Shown here in pieces: positions 42,555 to 56,275 of a stretch of 56,275 nt of DNA (position 1 is its first letter; each line of letters begins with the position of its first letter). Source of the stretch: Macrostomum lignano (lineage: Eukaryota). A model generated the notes under the pieces. The model searched no databases. It was not told the origin of the DNA and was given only the letters and a program-made list of their open reading frames with translations. The translations under genes and the position numbers were made by a program. The stretch covers positions 1 through 56,275 of the forward strand of contig NIVC01001429.1 in the NCBI GenBank assembly GCA_002269645.1. Reading direction: 5' to 3'.

Positions 42555-45500
42555 CAATTTCATTCCCTGCCGCTGATGAGGTGGGGAACCACTTTCCTAA
42601 CGACGGCGGGGTTTACACAGCGCATGCAATTAAACAGCACTAGACATGCCCGTAACTATGGGGGTGAGGGCTAGACGGATAGACTTAGCGGATTACTCTG
42701 GTTGCGTTAGAGCATCTGGGGGAGCTCAGTTCACTGTCCTTCTGTGCGGGCCGGCCCACGCATCCACCCCTCGGTTGCCACGCCAGTCGGGGTTGGGCGT
42801 CGGTCCCGGGCCTGCCCGCAGCTCCTCCCCAGGAGCGGCCTCCGCGCCGGGCTCATTAAGAATTCGCCTCGCATTTGATGTCTGTCTGAAATTGATGGAA
42901 GCTGCTGTAGCTTTGCCATGCGCTGCGTGCACTATTGTATGCTCAGCCTATGCCCATTTCTATTGTTCTGGCTTAATTTCTAAACCCTATAGAGGGGGTC
43001 GGGGCCCATGCAGGGACTTATAGAAGTAGCACCACTTGACTTGAAGCACAGACCAATAAGTATAAGCAAGCTTCCGGCTCGCTGCTCTCTTTTGATTTAC
43101 AAAATGCAGCGAAATCAACTTCGCGAGCTGCGGCTGCGGTGGGAGTCTTCCGTTTCTTTTCAGCTTTCGGCAGCAGATGGTCAGGGAAAGCTGGGAAGAT
43201 GGAAGGAACGGCATTTGGATATAGCCGTCTTTTGACGCTAGGCAGAAAGCCTGCAAATTGCTTTTTGAAGCAAGATTCCTCAAATGCATTGAGCAGACTT
43301 GCGTGGATGGCGATGGCTCAAAATATTTTCTTCTCAGCGCTATCAGCAACTTTTTCCTTATTTCATCGTCCTTTGGAAAAGTATGAAGGACACTCCCGCC
43401 ACACTCCCGCAACAAAATAGAACGCCGATTTACCGAGGTTGGCCTGAAGGTTGACGACGCCATAGTCAAGTCACGCCTCATCTCTGCGTTGCCGCCCCAC
43501 ATTCGCTCCGCACTCGTCGGACATGAGCACAGCCCGCTGGATAATTTTGCCAAGATCGTGGAGAGTATGCTCGTAGTGGCTGGTCTACCCTCACCATTCG
43601 CCGACATTAATCAGTTGTCCACTGCCGCTAATGCAGAGCAGCAACCGGCCTGGCATTTCTCCCGGCGACCCGACGCTCCGGCTCACGACGCCCAGCCTCT
43701 CCGACGGCAGCGACCACTCGTCTACAATGCGCACATCTACTATGCCGGCAGAGCTCGAACTTGCCGACCCTGGTGCAAGTGGCCAGGTCCAAAGCCATCG
43801 AACATGCTCCGCCAAGGTCAGCCGACACCCGCCCAGTCTCGCACGGCTTCGTCGACCCCAAACGAGTGAGTCATGTGCAGCGGCCGGGCCATGACAACGC
43901 ACAGGCCCGCACACCTATCGTTTCCGCTCAAATACACCATTTTGCCTCCTATTTTGAACAAAGTCTTGTTCAAAAGAAACAAGCAGAACTTCAATTCAAA
44001 CACTTTAAGAAATAACAGCCCTTGCGGAAATTCAAATCAAACAAAGTCCTTTTCTATTGAAATAGACGAACTTCAATTCAGACTGTCTGTGGCCAAAATT
44101 GTCCCCGAGTGACGCGCATGCGCAGATTTTAAATTCAAAAGAAACAAAGTCACATTCTTGACTTACTTGACTTAGCTGCAGGGGGCGTCCGGCGGATGCA
44201 GCGAGGAGGCGGAGGAGACCGCCCATTCCGCTAGCCCCTGGCGACCAAAGACTTCCATCGAAGTGATGTCGCTCAGGGGGACTCGTCGGTCTCGCCTGCA
44301 GCGCGTTCCTCCTCACCGGCGGTGGGGAAGAGATCAGCTCGTCCCGTGTCCCTGAGCTACCGGGCGAGCAGCGGGATGCTCTCGGGCCTGCAAACGTCGG
44401 AGAGAACCGGGTTTGGCCCGAGGTGAGTGAGCCTGGCCCTGGTGAAAACCGGGCAGTGGCAGATAAAGTGCTCGGCGTTCTCACTGCCTGAGCGGCAGAA
44501 GGGGCACCGCTCCTCGGGTACTTGGCCCTGAAGGAACCGGTGGCGAGAGAAGCAGCCATGCCCGGAGAGGGCCATGCTAACTGCTCTGAGGTCTCTGCGG
44601 TTGAGCCTGAGGAGGGCTCTACGCAGGAGAGGAGAGGGCAGGGGACGGCCGCACGGGATTGCCTACAATTCCGGGTGTCGTGCCACCTGCGGAGATGCTC
44701 GGAGTCAGTCCAGCGCTTAACGCGGGAGTTGATCACCGAGGCGGGGATGGGGGCTCCCGGGCCCGGCCCCAGCAGCGCGCCGGCGGAGCCAGCCTTGGCC
44801 AGCAGGTCAGCGCGCTCGTTGCCGAGGAAGCCGGCGTGGCCCGGGATCCATCTGAGCTCCACCTGGTTGCCTAGCGCAAGCCCGTTGAGCTGGGTGTTGC
44901 AGTCCAGGACGGACCTGGAGCTGGCGGTGCTGCGGCAGAGGGCCCGAAGGGCTGCTTGGCTGTCAGAGTGAAAAATAAATTTCCGACCGCTGAGCTGCCT
45001 TCGGCGCAGCTCTGCCGCGCAGGAACTGATGGCAAGCACCTCGCTCTGAAAAACACTGGAGTTGGGCCCAGTGTGCTAGGAGTAGCTCCACACCACTTCT
45101 CCCTTGAAGAAGACGCAAGCTCCGAAGCCTGAAAGACCATGCCTCATAGAGCCGTCAGTGTAACAGTGGACTTCAGAATCGCTCCAGCTGTCGCTCGCCT
45201 CGTGTCGAGGCTGAACAGTGACCTTATACCTTTGGCTCAGGAGAAGGGTGGCTGGGATCGAGTCCGTGAGGATGTTGAGCCCGCCACACTCCTCGAGAGC
45301 CTTGAGGCAAAGGTCAGAGTGCGGGATAAGCGACCGCTTCTTAAAGGCCCGCACATTTTTGAAGGCCACCCCAGCATCCAGAAGACGCCGGGTGCTCTTC
45401 GCCGCCTCTCCTTTGATATAAATATCCAGAGGAGGGGTGCAGAGGAAGGCATTCATGCCTTCAAAAGGAGTAGAGGGTGGAGCGCCCATAGTAATGCGGC

Positions 45501-47412
45501 AAGCTCTGCCCTGGATTTTGTAGAGAGCGTCGAGGTTGCTCTTGACGCTCAGGCCGCTAGCCCACACGAGGCTGGCGTAACTGATCGAGGGGCGGATGAT
45601 GGCAGTGTAAATCCACCACAGCTTCCTGGGGGTGAGCCCCCAGGTGGTGCCCACGGCGCTCCTGGTCTGAGCCAGGACAGCTAGGGCTTTTTTGGCTTTA
45701 GTTTGAAAGTCACATTCTATTTCGACAGAGATTTTTGCACATAGGTACAAGTACATTTTTAGTAATCTATTTTTTTTGTTTTTCCTGTACTGCATAACTG
45801 TACAATCGTTGCGCAATAAGAAACGATATGAATGCTGAAGATCAGATTGAAGAAGACGATGAATTGCTGGAACCAGCAAAATTTCATCGCTTCGATAGCT
45901 GAGCAGCACGGGAATCAGTCAATGGCGGCCTATCGGCGAGACATTCGTACAACATGGTGGACAGAACCATTGGCTGCATCTCTGTGAACAAGTGCATTGA
46001 GTGGTTCAACCATGTGTTTACATACGTCCCTCGCTGCGTTGGTGGACAGGCAATTGATGGTTAGGTGTCTTGCTCCTGTTTTTCATTTTACTCTTATGTT
46101 CGTCGATATGCTGTGTTTTATCCCTTTGTCGAAATACGGTAGAATGGTAGATTGTATAGTATGCAACTGAGTTGAATAATGGAACTTTGTTCAAAATAGG
46201 AGGTAAAATGGTGTACTTTTACCTCCACCGCCTTACCACCCAGGTGTGAAGGCCACGCTGCGTTTAGTCGCCCATCATTTTTTCTGGCCATGCATGAAAT
46301 CAGACATACAGCGCTGGACGGCAGAGTGCACACAATGTCAATCAGCGAAAATCGGTCGTCATGTTCGCCGACCACTGCACCACCTGCCTGCACCTACACA
46401 GCGGTTCACAACGGTCCACATGGATTTAGTCGGACCGCTCCCGGTGCCGGACCCAACCGAAACAGCTGCATTCTTAGCCGCGGTATTTACTAACCATCGT
46501 GGACTCGTACTCCCGCTGGGTCGAAGCAATCCGATTGCAATCGATCACCAGTACGGTTGTTGCACAAGCCTTTGTCGCCCACTGGGTTTGTCGATTTGGC
46601 CCACCGTTAACACTCATCACAGACCAAGGAGCTCAATTTCGCTCGGACCTAATGGCAAACCTGGTGAATCTTCTCGGCGTCCATCACATCCGCACAGCCG
46701 CATATAATCCTAAGGCCAACGGCATGATCGAGCGAGTTCATCGCACACTGAAGGCCAGCCTCAGAGCTCGCGGCCGGTGCTGGCTTAACCAGCTGCCCAT
46801 CGTTTTAATCGGATTGCGCATTAACTCGACGACCAGGGTCACTCGCCATTCTCAATCGTCACGGAAGAACAGCCGCTAGTTTCACCGGTCACAACTGATG
46901 ACGACGACCAGCGTCAGCTGTCGACTCAACTACACGACCTGTTTTTCCCGTACCGCCCGCCGCGGACCCGTCAGCAGCCTGTCCACATACCTCCGGAGCT
47001 GGAATCTTGCGAGTTTATGTGGCTCCGAGTTGACAGAGTTAAGCAACCACTCGAGGCGCCATATCAAGGACCCTACAAGGTGTTGCGACGCTCAGCGACC
47101 ACCGTGACGCTCGTCTTAAAAGGCAAGCCCCAGGCCGTTTCCATCGAGAGAGTGAAGCCGGCAGTGCTACCGGACAGTCAGCGCCAGACCCGAGCAATGA
47201 CGAGAGAGGCACGGCCGGACAAGCCAGCGACTACCCCTGCGAAGAAACAGCGTCCCGCGAAGGAAACCCAACGCTTTCGTTTTTCCGAGAAGCCAACGGT
47301 TCATGTTATTGATTATTGATCAACAATCCCTTATCGAACACTCAAAAACAAACAGGAATAAATTAACCCTACTGATCGCGAAATATCGTTTATAGTTGTT
47401 CGCTTTTCCGTT
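42555..47412 (+). mobile_element. Second copy of the gag-MITE-LINE-integrase stack (LINE ~44160-45705, integrase ~46215-47319); inverted copy at ~48265-52995
   Basis: Same translations as 2563-10520. Confidence 0.9.
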
Positions 47413-48083
47413 GACAAGATGAGACCTTTTTGTTGCAGTTCAATTAATAAGAGTAAATGTCTGAGAGCCATCAAATTCTAAGCTCCCTTCACCTGGTTCT
47501 AAGACTAAATTATTATTTTATTTGGAACCAGCTTTTTAGTCAGCTTGAAGTAGTCTTTTTCTTCCAGTGCTACAAGCGCAAAGTTAACTTAAAATATAAT
47601 TGCTCAAAATGAAACGAAAGAACAATCTGAATCTTCTTAATTGCCGAGGAAAAGAAGGGAGAAAATCATGGCAGCTTAGGCTGTGCTGTTGGCTGCTCAA
47701 ACAACGCAGCGATTCCTCTGGCGGTGGCGAGAGTGCCCCTCCTTACTAAGTTGCGACGCCTCCCCGCTGTATCCGCATGCCCGGAGTCCTTCCATACTTT
47801 TCCACAGGACAAGGAAATGAGAAAAAGTGCTGTTATTCGACGTGCCAGCTGTAATAGCCAATTCTCCAGTGACGTAGCAGTTCACGAGACTTTGCGCATG
47901 TCGAGAAATCTGGAAGAAGGCAAAGACTACTTCAAGCTCAAGACTAAAAAGCTGGTTCCAAATAATAATAATAATTTAGTCTTAGAACCAGGTGAAGGAG
48001 AGCTTAGAATTTGATGGCTCTCAGACATTTACTCTTATTATATTGTTTCTATTGTATCTGCAACAAAAAGGTCTCATCTTGTC
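47413..48083. mobile_element. ~670-bp inverted-repeat unit inside the palindrome spacer, enclosing a THAP fragment
   Basis: gacaagatgagaccttttt (47413) matches aaaaaggtctcatcttgtc (ending 48083), with imperfect arms of ~155-175 bp. No TSD seen. Confidence 0.6.
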
Positions 48084-51000
48084 TGGAAGCGTATATTTTA
48101 GTTTTTGATAAATCATTAAAATAATACGGCATATTTAAACTGCTTGATTGTTTAATAAATTTACCACATAAATTTAAATGTTTAGCAATCCGAGTCCCAA
48201 GGCAAAAGGCAACAATTAATACAGCGGGCCCAAAAGTCTAACAGTATTCTTAGTAACTCTGAATGAAAAACGAAAGCGTTGGGTTTCCTTCGCGGGACGC
48301 TGTTTCTTCGCAGGGGTAGTCGCTGGCTTGTCCGGCCGTGCCTCTCTCGTCATTGCTCGGGTCTGGCGCTGACTGTCCGGTAGCACTGCCGGCTTCACTC
48401 TCTCGATGGAAACGGCCTGGGGCTTGCCTTTTAAGACGAGCGTCACGGTGGTCGCTGAGCGTCGCAACACCTTGTAGGGTCCTTGATATGGCGCCTCGAG
48501 TGGTTGCTTAACTCTGTCAACTCGGAGCCACATAAACTCGCAAGATTCCAGCTCCGGAGGTATGTGGACAGGCTGCTGACGGGTCCGCGGCGGGCGGTAC
48601 GGGAAAAACAGGTCGTGTAGTTGAGTCGACAGCTGACGCTGGTCGTCGTCATCAGTTGTGACCGGTGAAACTAGCGGCTGTTCTTCCGTGACGATTGAGA
48701 ATGGCGAGTGACCCTGGTCGTCGAGTTAATGCGCAATCCGATTAAAACGATGGGCAGCTGGTTAAGCCAGCACCGGCCGCGAGCTCTGAGGCTGGCCTTC
48801 AGTGTGCGATGAACTCGCTCGATCATGCCGTTGGCCTTAGGATTATATGCGGCTGTGCGGATGTGATGGACGCCGAGAAGATTCACCAGGTTTGCCATTA
48901 GGTCCGAGCGAAATTGAGCTCCTTGGTCTGTGATGAGTGTTAACGGTGGGCCAAATCGACAAACCCAGTGGGCGACAAAGGCTTGTGCAACAACCGTACT
49001 GGTGATCGATTGCAATCGGATTGCTTCGACCCAGCGGGAGTACGAGTCCACGATGGTTAGTAAATACCGCGGCTAAGAATGCAGCTGTTTCGGTTGGGTC
49101 CGGCACCGGGAGCGGTCCGACTAAATCCATGTGGACCGTTGTGAACCGCTGTGTAGGTGCAGGCAGGTGGTGCAGTGGTCGGCGAACATGACGACCGATT
49201 TTCGCTGATTGACATTGTGTGCACTCTGCCGTCCAGCGCTGTATGTCTGATTTCATGCATGGCCAGAAAAAATGATGGGCGACTAAACGCAGCGTGGCCT
49301 TCACACCTGGGTGGTAAGGCGGTGGAGGTAAAAGTACACCATTTTACCTCCTATTTTGAACAAAGTTCCATTATTCAACTCAGTTGCATACTATACAATC
49401 TACCATTCTACCGTATTTCGACAAAGGGATAAAACACAGCATATCGACGAACATAAGAGTAAAATGAAAAACAGGAGCAAGACACCTAACCATCAATTGC
49501 CTGTCCACCAACGCAGCGAGGGACGTATGTAAACACATGGTTGAACCACTCAATGCACTTGTTCACAGAGATGCAGCCAATGGTTCTGTCCACCATGTTG
49601 TACGAATGTCTCGCCGATAGGCCGCCATTGACTGATTCCCGTGCTGCTCAGCTATCGAAGCGATGAAATTTTGCTGGTTCCAGCAATTCATCGTCTTCTT
49701 CAATCTGATCTTCAGCATTCATATCGTTTCTTATTGCGCAACGATTGTACAGTTATGCAGTACAGGAAAAACAAAAAAAATAGATTACTAAAAATGTACT
49801 TGTACCTATGTGCAAAAATCTCTGTCGAAATAGAATGTGACTTTCAAACTAAAGCCAAAAAAGCCCTAGCTGTCCTGGCTCAGACCAGGAGCGCCGTGGG
49901 CACCACCTGGGGGCTCACCCCCAGGAAGCTGTGGTGGATTTACACTGCCATCATCCGCCCCTCGATCAGTTACGCCAGCCTCGTGTGGGCTAGCGGCCTG
50001 AGCGTCAAGAGCAACCTCGACGCTCTCTACAAAATCCAGGGCAGAGCTTGCCGCATTACTATGGGCGCTCCACCCTCTACTCCTTTTGAAGGCATGAATG
50101 CCTTCCTCTGCACCCCTCCTCTGGATATTTATATCAAAGGAGAGGCGGCGAAGAGCACCCGGCGTCTTCTGGATGCTGGGGTGGCCTTCAAAAATGTGCG
50201 GGCCTTTAAGAAGCGGTCGCTTATCCCGCACTCTGACCTTTGCCTCAAGGCTCTCGAGGAGTGTGGCGGGCTCAACATCCTCACGGACTCGATCCCAGCC
50301 ACCCTTCTCCTGAGCCAAAGGTATAAGGTCACTGTTCAGCCTCGACACGAGGCGAGCGACAGCTGGAGCGATTCTGAAGTCCACTGTTACACTGACGGCT
50401 CTATGAGGCATGGTCTTTCAGGCTTCGGAGCTTGCGTCTTCTTCAAGGGAGAAGTGGTGTGGAGCTACTCCTAGCACACTGGGCCCAACTCCAGTGTTTT
50501 TCAGAGCGAGGTGCTTGCCATCAGTTCCTGCGCGGCAGAGCTGCGCCGAAGGCAGCTCAGCGGTCGGAAATTTATTTTTCACTCTGACAGCCAAGCAGCC
50601 CTTCGGGCCCTCTGCCGCAGCACCGCCAGCTCCAGGTCCGTCCTGGACTGCAACACCCAGCTCAACGGGCTTGCGCTAGGCAACCAGGTGGAGCTCAGAT
50701 GGATCCCGGGCCACGCCGGCTTCCTCGGCAACGAGCGCGCTGACCTGCTGGCCAAGGCTGGCTCCGCCGGCGCGCTGCTGGGGCCGGGCCCGGGAGCCCC
50801 CATCCCCGCCTCGGTGATCAACTCCCGCGTTAAGCGCTGGACTGACTCCGAGCATCTCCGCAGGTGGCACGACACCCGGAATTGTAGGCAATCCCGTGCG
50901 GCCGTCCCCTGCCCTTCTCCTCTCCTGCGTAGAGCCCTCCTCAGGCTCAACCGCAGAGACCTCAGAGCAGTTAGCATGGCCCTCTCCGGGCATGGCTGCT

Positions 51001-54000
51001 TCTCTCGCCACCGGTTCCTTCAGGGCCAAGTACCCGAGGAGCGGTGCCCCTTCTGCCGCTCAGGCAGTGAGAACGCCGAGCACTTTATCTGCCACTGCCC
51101 GGTTTTCACCAGGGCCAGGCTCACTCACCTCGGGCCAAACCCGGTTCTCTCCGACGTTTGCAGGCCCGAGAGCATCCCGCTGCTCGCCCGGTAGCTCAGG
51201 GACACGGGACGAGCTGATCTCTTCCCCACCGCCGGTGAGGAGGAACGCGCTGCAGGCGAGACCGACGAGTCCCCCTGAGCGACATCACTTCGATGGAAGT
51301 CTTTGGTCGCCAGGGGCTAGCGGAATGGGCGGTCTCCTCCGCCTCCTCGCTGCATCCGCCGGACGCCCCCTGCAGCTAAGTCAAGTAAGTCAAGAATGTG
51401 ACTTTGTTTCTTTTGAATTTAAAATCTGCGCATGCGCGTCACTCGGGGACAATTTTGGCCACAGACAGTCTGAATTGAAGTTCGTCTATTTCAATAGAAA
51501 AGGACTTTGTTTGATTTGAATTTCCGCAAGGGCTGTTATTTCTTAAAGTGTTTGAATTGAAGTTCTGCTTGTTTCTTTTGAACAAGACTTTGTTCAAAAT
51601 AGGAGGCAAAATGGTGTATTTGAGCGGAAACGATAGGTGTGCGGGCCTGTGCGTTGTCATGGCCCGGCCGCTGCACATGACTCACTCGTTTGGGGTCGAC
51701 GAAGCCGTGCGAGACTGGGCGGGTGTCGGCTGACCTTGGCGGAGCATGTTCGATGGCTTTGGACCTGGCCACTTGCACCAGGGTCGGCAAGTTCGAGCTC
51801 TGCCGGCATAGTAGATGTGCGCATTGTAGACGAGTGGTCGCTGCCGTCGGAGAGGCTGGGCGTCGTGAGCCGGAGCGTCGGGTCGCCGGGAGAAATGCCA
51901 GGCCGGTTGCTGCTCTGCATTAGCGGCAGTGGACAACTGATTAATGTCGGCGAATGGTGAGGGTAGACCAGCCACTACGAGCATACTCTCCACGATCTTG
52001 GCAAAATTATCCAGCGGGCTGTGCTCATGTCCGACGAGTGCGGAGCGAATGTGGGGCGGCAACGCAGAGATGAGGCGTGACTTGACTATGGCGTCGTCAA
52101 CCTTCAGGCCAACCTCGGTAAATCGGCGTTCTATTTTGTTGCGGGAGTGTGGCGGGAGTGTCCTTCATACTTTTCCAAAGGACGATGAAATAAGGAAAAA
52201 GTTGCTGATAGCGCTGAGAAGAAAATATTTTGAGCCATCGCCATCCACGCAAGTCTGCTCAATGCATTTGAGGAATCTTGCTTCAAAAAGCAATTTGCAG
52301 GCTTTCTGCCTAGCGTCAAAAGACGGCTATATCCAAATGCCGTTCCTTCCATCTTCCCAGCTTTCCCTGACCATCTGCTGCCGAAAGCTGAAAAGAAACG
52401 GAAGACTCCCACCGCAGCCGCAGCTCGCGAAGTTGATTTCGCTGCATTTTGTAAATCAAAAGAGAGCAGCGAGCCGGAAGCTTGCTTATACTTATTGGTC
52501 TGTGCTTCAAGTCAAGTGGTGCTACTTCTATAAGTCCCTGCATGGGCCCCGACCCCCTCTATAGGGTTTAGAAATTAAGCCAGAACAATAGAAATGGGCA
52601 TAGGCTGAGCATACAATAGTGCACGCAGCGCATGGCAAAGCTACAGCAGCTTCCATCAATTTCAGACAGACATCAAATGCGAGGCGAATTCTTAATGAGC
52701 CCGGCGCGGAGGCCGCTCCTGGGGAGGAGCTGCGGGCAGGCCCGGGACCGACGCCCAACCCCGACTGGCGTGGCAACCGAGGGGTGGATGCGTGGGCCGG
52801 CCCGCACAGAAGGACAGTGAACTGAGCTCCCCCAGATGCTCTAACGCAACCAGAGTAATCCGCTAAGTCTATCCGTCTAGCCCTCACCCCCATAGTTACG
52901 GGCATGTCTAGTGCTGTTTAATTGCATGCGCTGTGTAAACCCCGCCGTCGTTAGGAAAGTGGTTCCCCACCTCATCAGCGGCAGGGAATGAAATTGTAGA
53001 GCTCATAAATATCCGCAAACTGGAAGCCCAAAGAGGCACTTTTCTCCACTTATGGCCTCTCGGCTTCTCGGCTGGTTCTAGATTTAGAAATGTAACATTA
53101 AAGAAAACATCTCCTCCGGTCTTGTCATTTGCTCCACCGCTGTTGGATGGCAGAAGATAAACGGTGTTTGAACATCGAAAACATCGCGTAATACCCTCCC
53201 AGTTTTTACGCCTCCCAACCATAGCAGGCCTCCCCAACCATAGCAGAGGAAGAGAAGGGTTAGGGGTAGAGAGTGAATTGAAGTGCGATCGGGTATTCTG
53301 TGCCAGAATACTTCATTTGAGATTCGTATTCAAGATGTTCTCAGGTTGGGGCGCTTTCATTAGGCCGAAATTTCACTTCGCCGAAAAGCAGCCTCTTTCA
53401 ATAGGCCGAAACTTCACTTTGCCGAAATGACTAGCACGCTCTTTCATAAGGCCGAAACTTCACTAGGCCGAAACTTCACATTGCCGAAAATCATTTTAGC
53501 AGCCTCTTTCACTAGGCCGAAACTTCACATTGCCGAAAAATCATCTTAGCAGCATCCTTACTATGGTCGAAAGGGGATGTGAACTTAAGCTTCCAAAATG
53601 AAACCGCAAGCAAGCAGTGACGATTTCTCTGCACCAGTTTCTTTATTTTGACCTAAGTGTTACTGCTACTAAAGTGGGAGCACGATATGGTCACTCAGTT
53701 TTTCTGTCTCAGTCGGATGAACTTTTAAGTTTTAGAGTGCTCGTATGTTGTTTTAAGGCTCCTTTGAAAGTATGCAGATTTGCCTGGATTCCGATTCATA
53801 GAATATGCATGGCTCTTAGTCTCTAATTCTTTGGCTTCTGTGAAATTCAACCCGTATGTTTTAGTATCAAAAAGACAATGTAAAATAGTATATTATTTTT
53901 TATATGCCCCATATTCTCTCTCCTCTCTTCCCCATTTTTTCTTAATTTGCTCGCTCATACCTTTCAGTCTAGCCGCTAGCGGGAACGAGCCCCATGCAGG

Positions 54001-56275
54001 CCTGGTCCTGTTGTCTGCTATTGGTCTGTGCAAGGACTCGTAGATCTAGCAGGTTCTAGTTCTAGATCTCTAAGGTCTGTTTAATGATTAATGATTAATA
54101 ATAGTGATTAATTATTATTCAATAATAATAACAATAATATAATGATAATAATTATTAGTGATTAAAGATTCAGTTTAATGTTACCATGTTAGTTTCGGCC
54201 TAGTGAAAGAGGCTGCTAAAATGATTTTCGGCAAAGTGAAGTTTCGGCCTAGTGAAGTTTCGGCCTTGTGAAGGAAGATGCTTTCGGCAAAGTGAAATTT
54301 CGGCCTAGTAAACCCCCCCCGCCGAATAGAACGGACGCTGCTGGGACTAAGATCGCATTGGCCATGCAGGGACAGAGAGGACTTTTGCAGGGGGTTCTTG
54401 CGCTGGCGAGCCTTTATACACTGCTGAATGCACTATTTCATTACCAAATTCCCAGAAGTACATTCACAAGTACACGTAACTGCACGCTTTTGGCACTAAA
54501 TGTGTTAACGTGTCGACAGATAGCGATGATGTAGGTGTATTGTCACTTTCGGAGACCTTTAGACTAGCATTTAACTCGTCTTAGCCGCTTAGCTGCCTGA
54601 GACCGCGCGAAAGCACCAGTCTGGCACTTAATTTGCATGCTTATCATGATTTCTTAAATCGACTGATTGACTGGGAACTGTGCTCCTTCTGGTCCACCGT
54701 GACCCCTGCCTCTAGATTTAGCTACTCATCTCAGCCGGCATTGCGAAAAAGAAAGAAAACGCTAAGTCTTTAACTTCCAGATTTAACTTTCTCACTTAAT
54801 CCGCAATCCTAAACACCTTAAATTGAGTCAGAGCGAATGGCTACTTTTAGTATTAACTGACACTTCTGCCTCGAGTTTGACACAGAAAAGCAAGTAATCA
54901 AAAGTGCAAATCCTATCAGACTACTTAGGAAGGGGTCAGACAAAGGGCGCACCCAGTTAAGCAGGTCAAGAAAGCCTCTCACCCGACCAATCAGAGGACC
55001 TAACTGCCGGTAGCCAAGAGATCCGCAGAGACCGAAGCGCTCGGATGGGATGCTGCTGCCGATCTTAACTGACGAGTGCCGCCGTTACTCTTCACTTGCC
55101 GGTTGCTGTTGAAGCTATTTGTTCACGGCCGGGAGGTACCGGTGATGCCTCTCAAGGGGAACTTAGCTGTTGAAGCCGAAACTGCCGTGGACCGGAGGCC
55201 GAAGAGGCAGCAGAAGCCGAAGGGGATTAGATTGGCAGGACCGGCCAAGGCCAAGGTCAGGGCGTGCCAGAAGGTAGGGGATGCCGGGAACCTCGAACAG
55301 GCCTTTCAGAGCGCGGGTCGAGTTGCCGCCTTTTATAACTTTCACGCGGCCGATTTGTTATAACGCACGACGAATTTTGTGATTGGCTGAGAGCTTTTGT
55401 TAAAATAGACGCCGAATTTTCTGATTGGTCGAACCGGGGGCAGTCAGGTCGACTCTGATTGGCTGAGCTCGAGACCCAAAAACCCACCCCATTAGGTGGC
55501 CTTCGGACCCCAGGGAAGCTGGCAGGTGCGGTCATAAATCATGTGCAAAACATAATAAAAGTCACTTGTCTAGACATCCTGGCGCCAAAAGTGACAGCAA
55601 AACGCCCATAAATCAAAGGAGAAAGTAACAGAGCGAGTGGGGAGAAAGCTGGAAAGACCTCTTTGACCCAGACAGGCTGGAGCCAAAAGTGACAGCTAGA
55701 CCGCCGTAAGTCACTGGAAGCAGTGAAAAAGCCGCAAATCTGGGGGTCAGAATGGGGTTGAAACCATTCCTCCCAGACTTAGTGTCGCCCGTCTAGACTG
55801 TTAGAGGTCAATCCGCCTCAGACCCAGACAGCCTGACCTTCAAAGATGCGTAAACAATTAAAAATTAGAATCCTAAGAGAAGCACATTGAGATTAGAGAA
55901 GAGAGGGGAGAAGATGAGAGGAGAAAGGAGAGGAGAGAAGAGAGAATGGAGAGGAGAGAGAAGAGAGAAGAGGGAGACAGGAGATTATAGAAAGGAGAGA
56001 AAAAAGATGGGATATAAGAAAGGAGAGGGTGAGAGCGTATAGGAGATATGAAAAATAAAAGCAGAGAAAAGAGAAAAAAGAAGAGAGAGAGAGACATCTA
56101 GAGGAGAGACGATAGATAAGAGAGTTTGAGAGTTGAGAGAGTACATGAGAGAGGAGAGAGGAGAGAAGAGGGGAAAGAGGAGACAGGAGAGAGTAGACAC
56201 GAAGGACGAGGGAGAAGAGATAAATAAGGGAGTAGAGATGAGAGAAGAGAAAGGAGAGACTAGATATAGATAGCA

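Larger units (their letters stand above)
39273..56275. repeat. Large inverted repeat: arms 39273-47285 and 48265-56275 (to the window end), 979-bp spacer
   Basis: Mirrored ORF coordinates sum to 95550-95551 (e.g. 46499+49051, 40015+55535). The differences noticed are single-base indels. Confidence 0.97.

Noticed and set aside
47286-48264. Palindrome spacer as a missed sequencing adapter
   Set aside because: It is 979 bp of TE-like sequence with no adapter motif seen. A chimeric fold-back is still possible.

Overview
Eukaryotic nuclear DNA, probably from an invertebrate animal (inferred from spliceosomal introns, SLC26 and ISG12-like genes, and Gypsy, LINE and THAP debris; the host cannot be named from the sequence alone). 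The centre of the window is a full-length 17.8-kb Polinton/Maverick (adintovirus-like) element at 19860-37690. It has ~326-bp TIRs and a 6-bp TSD (CATGGC) and sits inside the coding sequence of an SLC26 anion-transporter gene. It encodes pPolB, major and minor capsid proteins, a packaging ATPase, an adenain-like protease, a fibre-like protein and a PLA2-integrase fusion. The main discovery is a 301-nt group I (IC1-like) ribozyme intron at 35100-35400. It splits the PLA2 calcium-loop motif (NFAG^PGT) of the PLA2-integrase gene, its P1-P10 helices can be paired by eye, and it ends in A rather than the usual omega-G. Each Polinton TIR also contains a second, inverted copy of the terminus, forming a ~265-bp hairpin cassette. 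The flanks hold a second SLC26 paralogue whose introns are filled by minisatellites, an inverted duplication of an ISG12/IFI27-like gene, nested transposon remnants, and an inverted repeat with ~8-kb arms at the right end that may be an assembly fold-back. All calls come from manual reading; no searches or folding programs were run.
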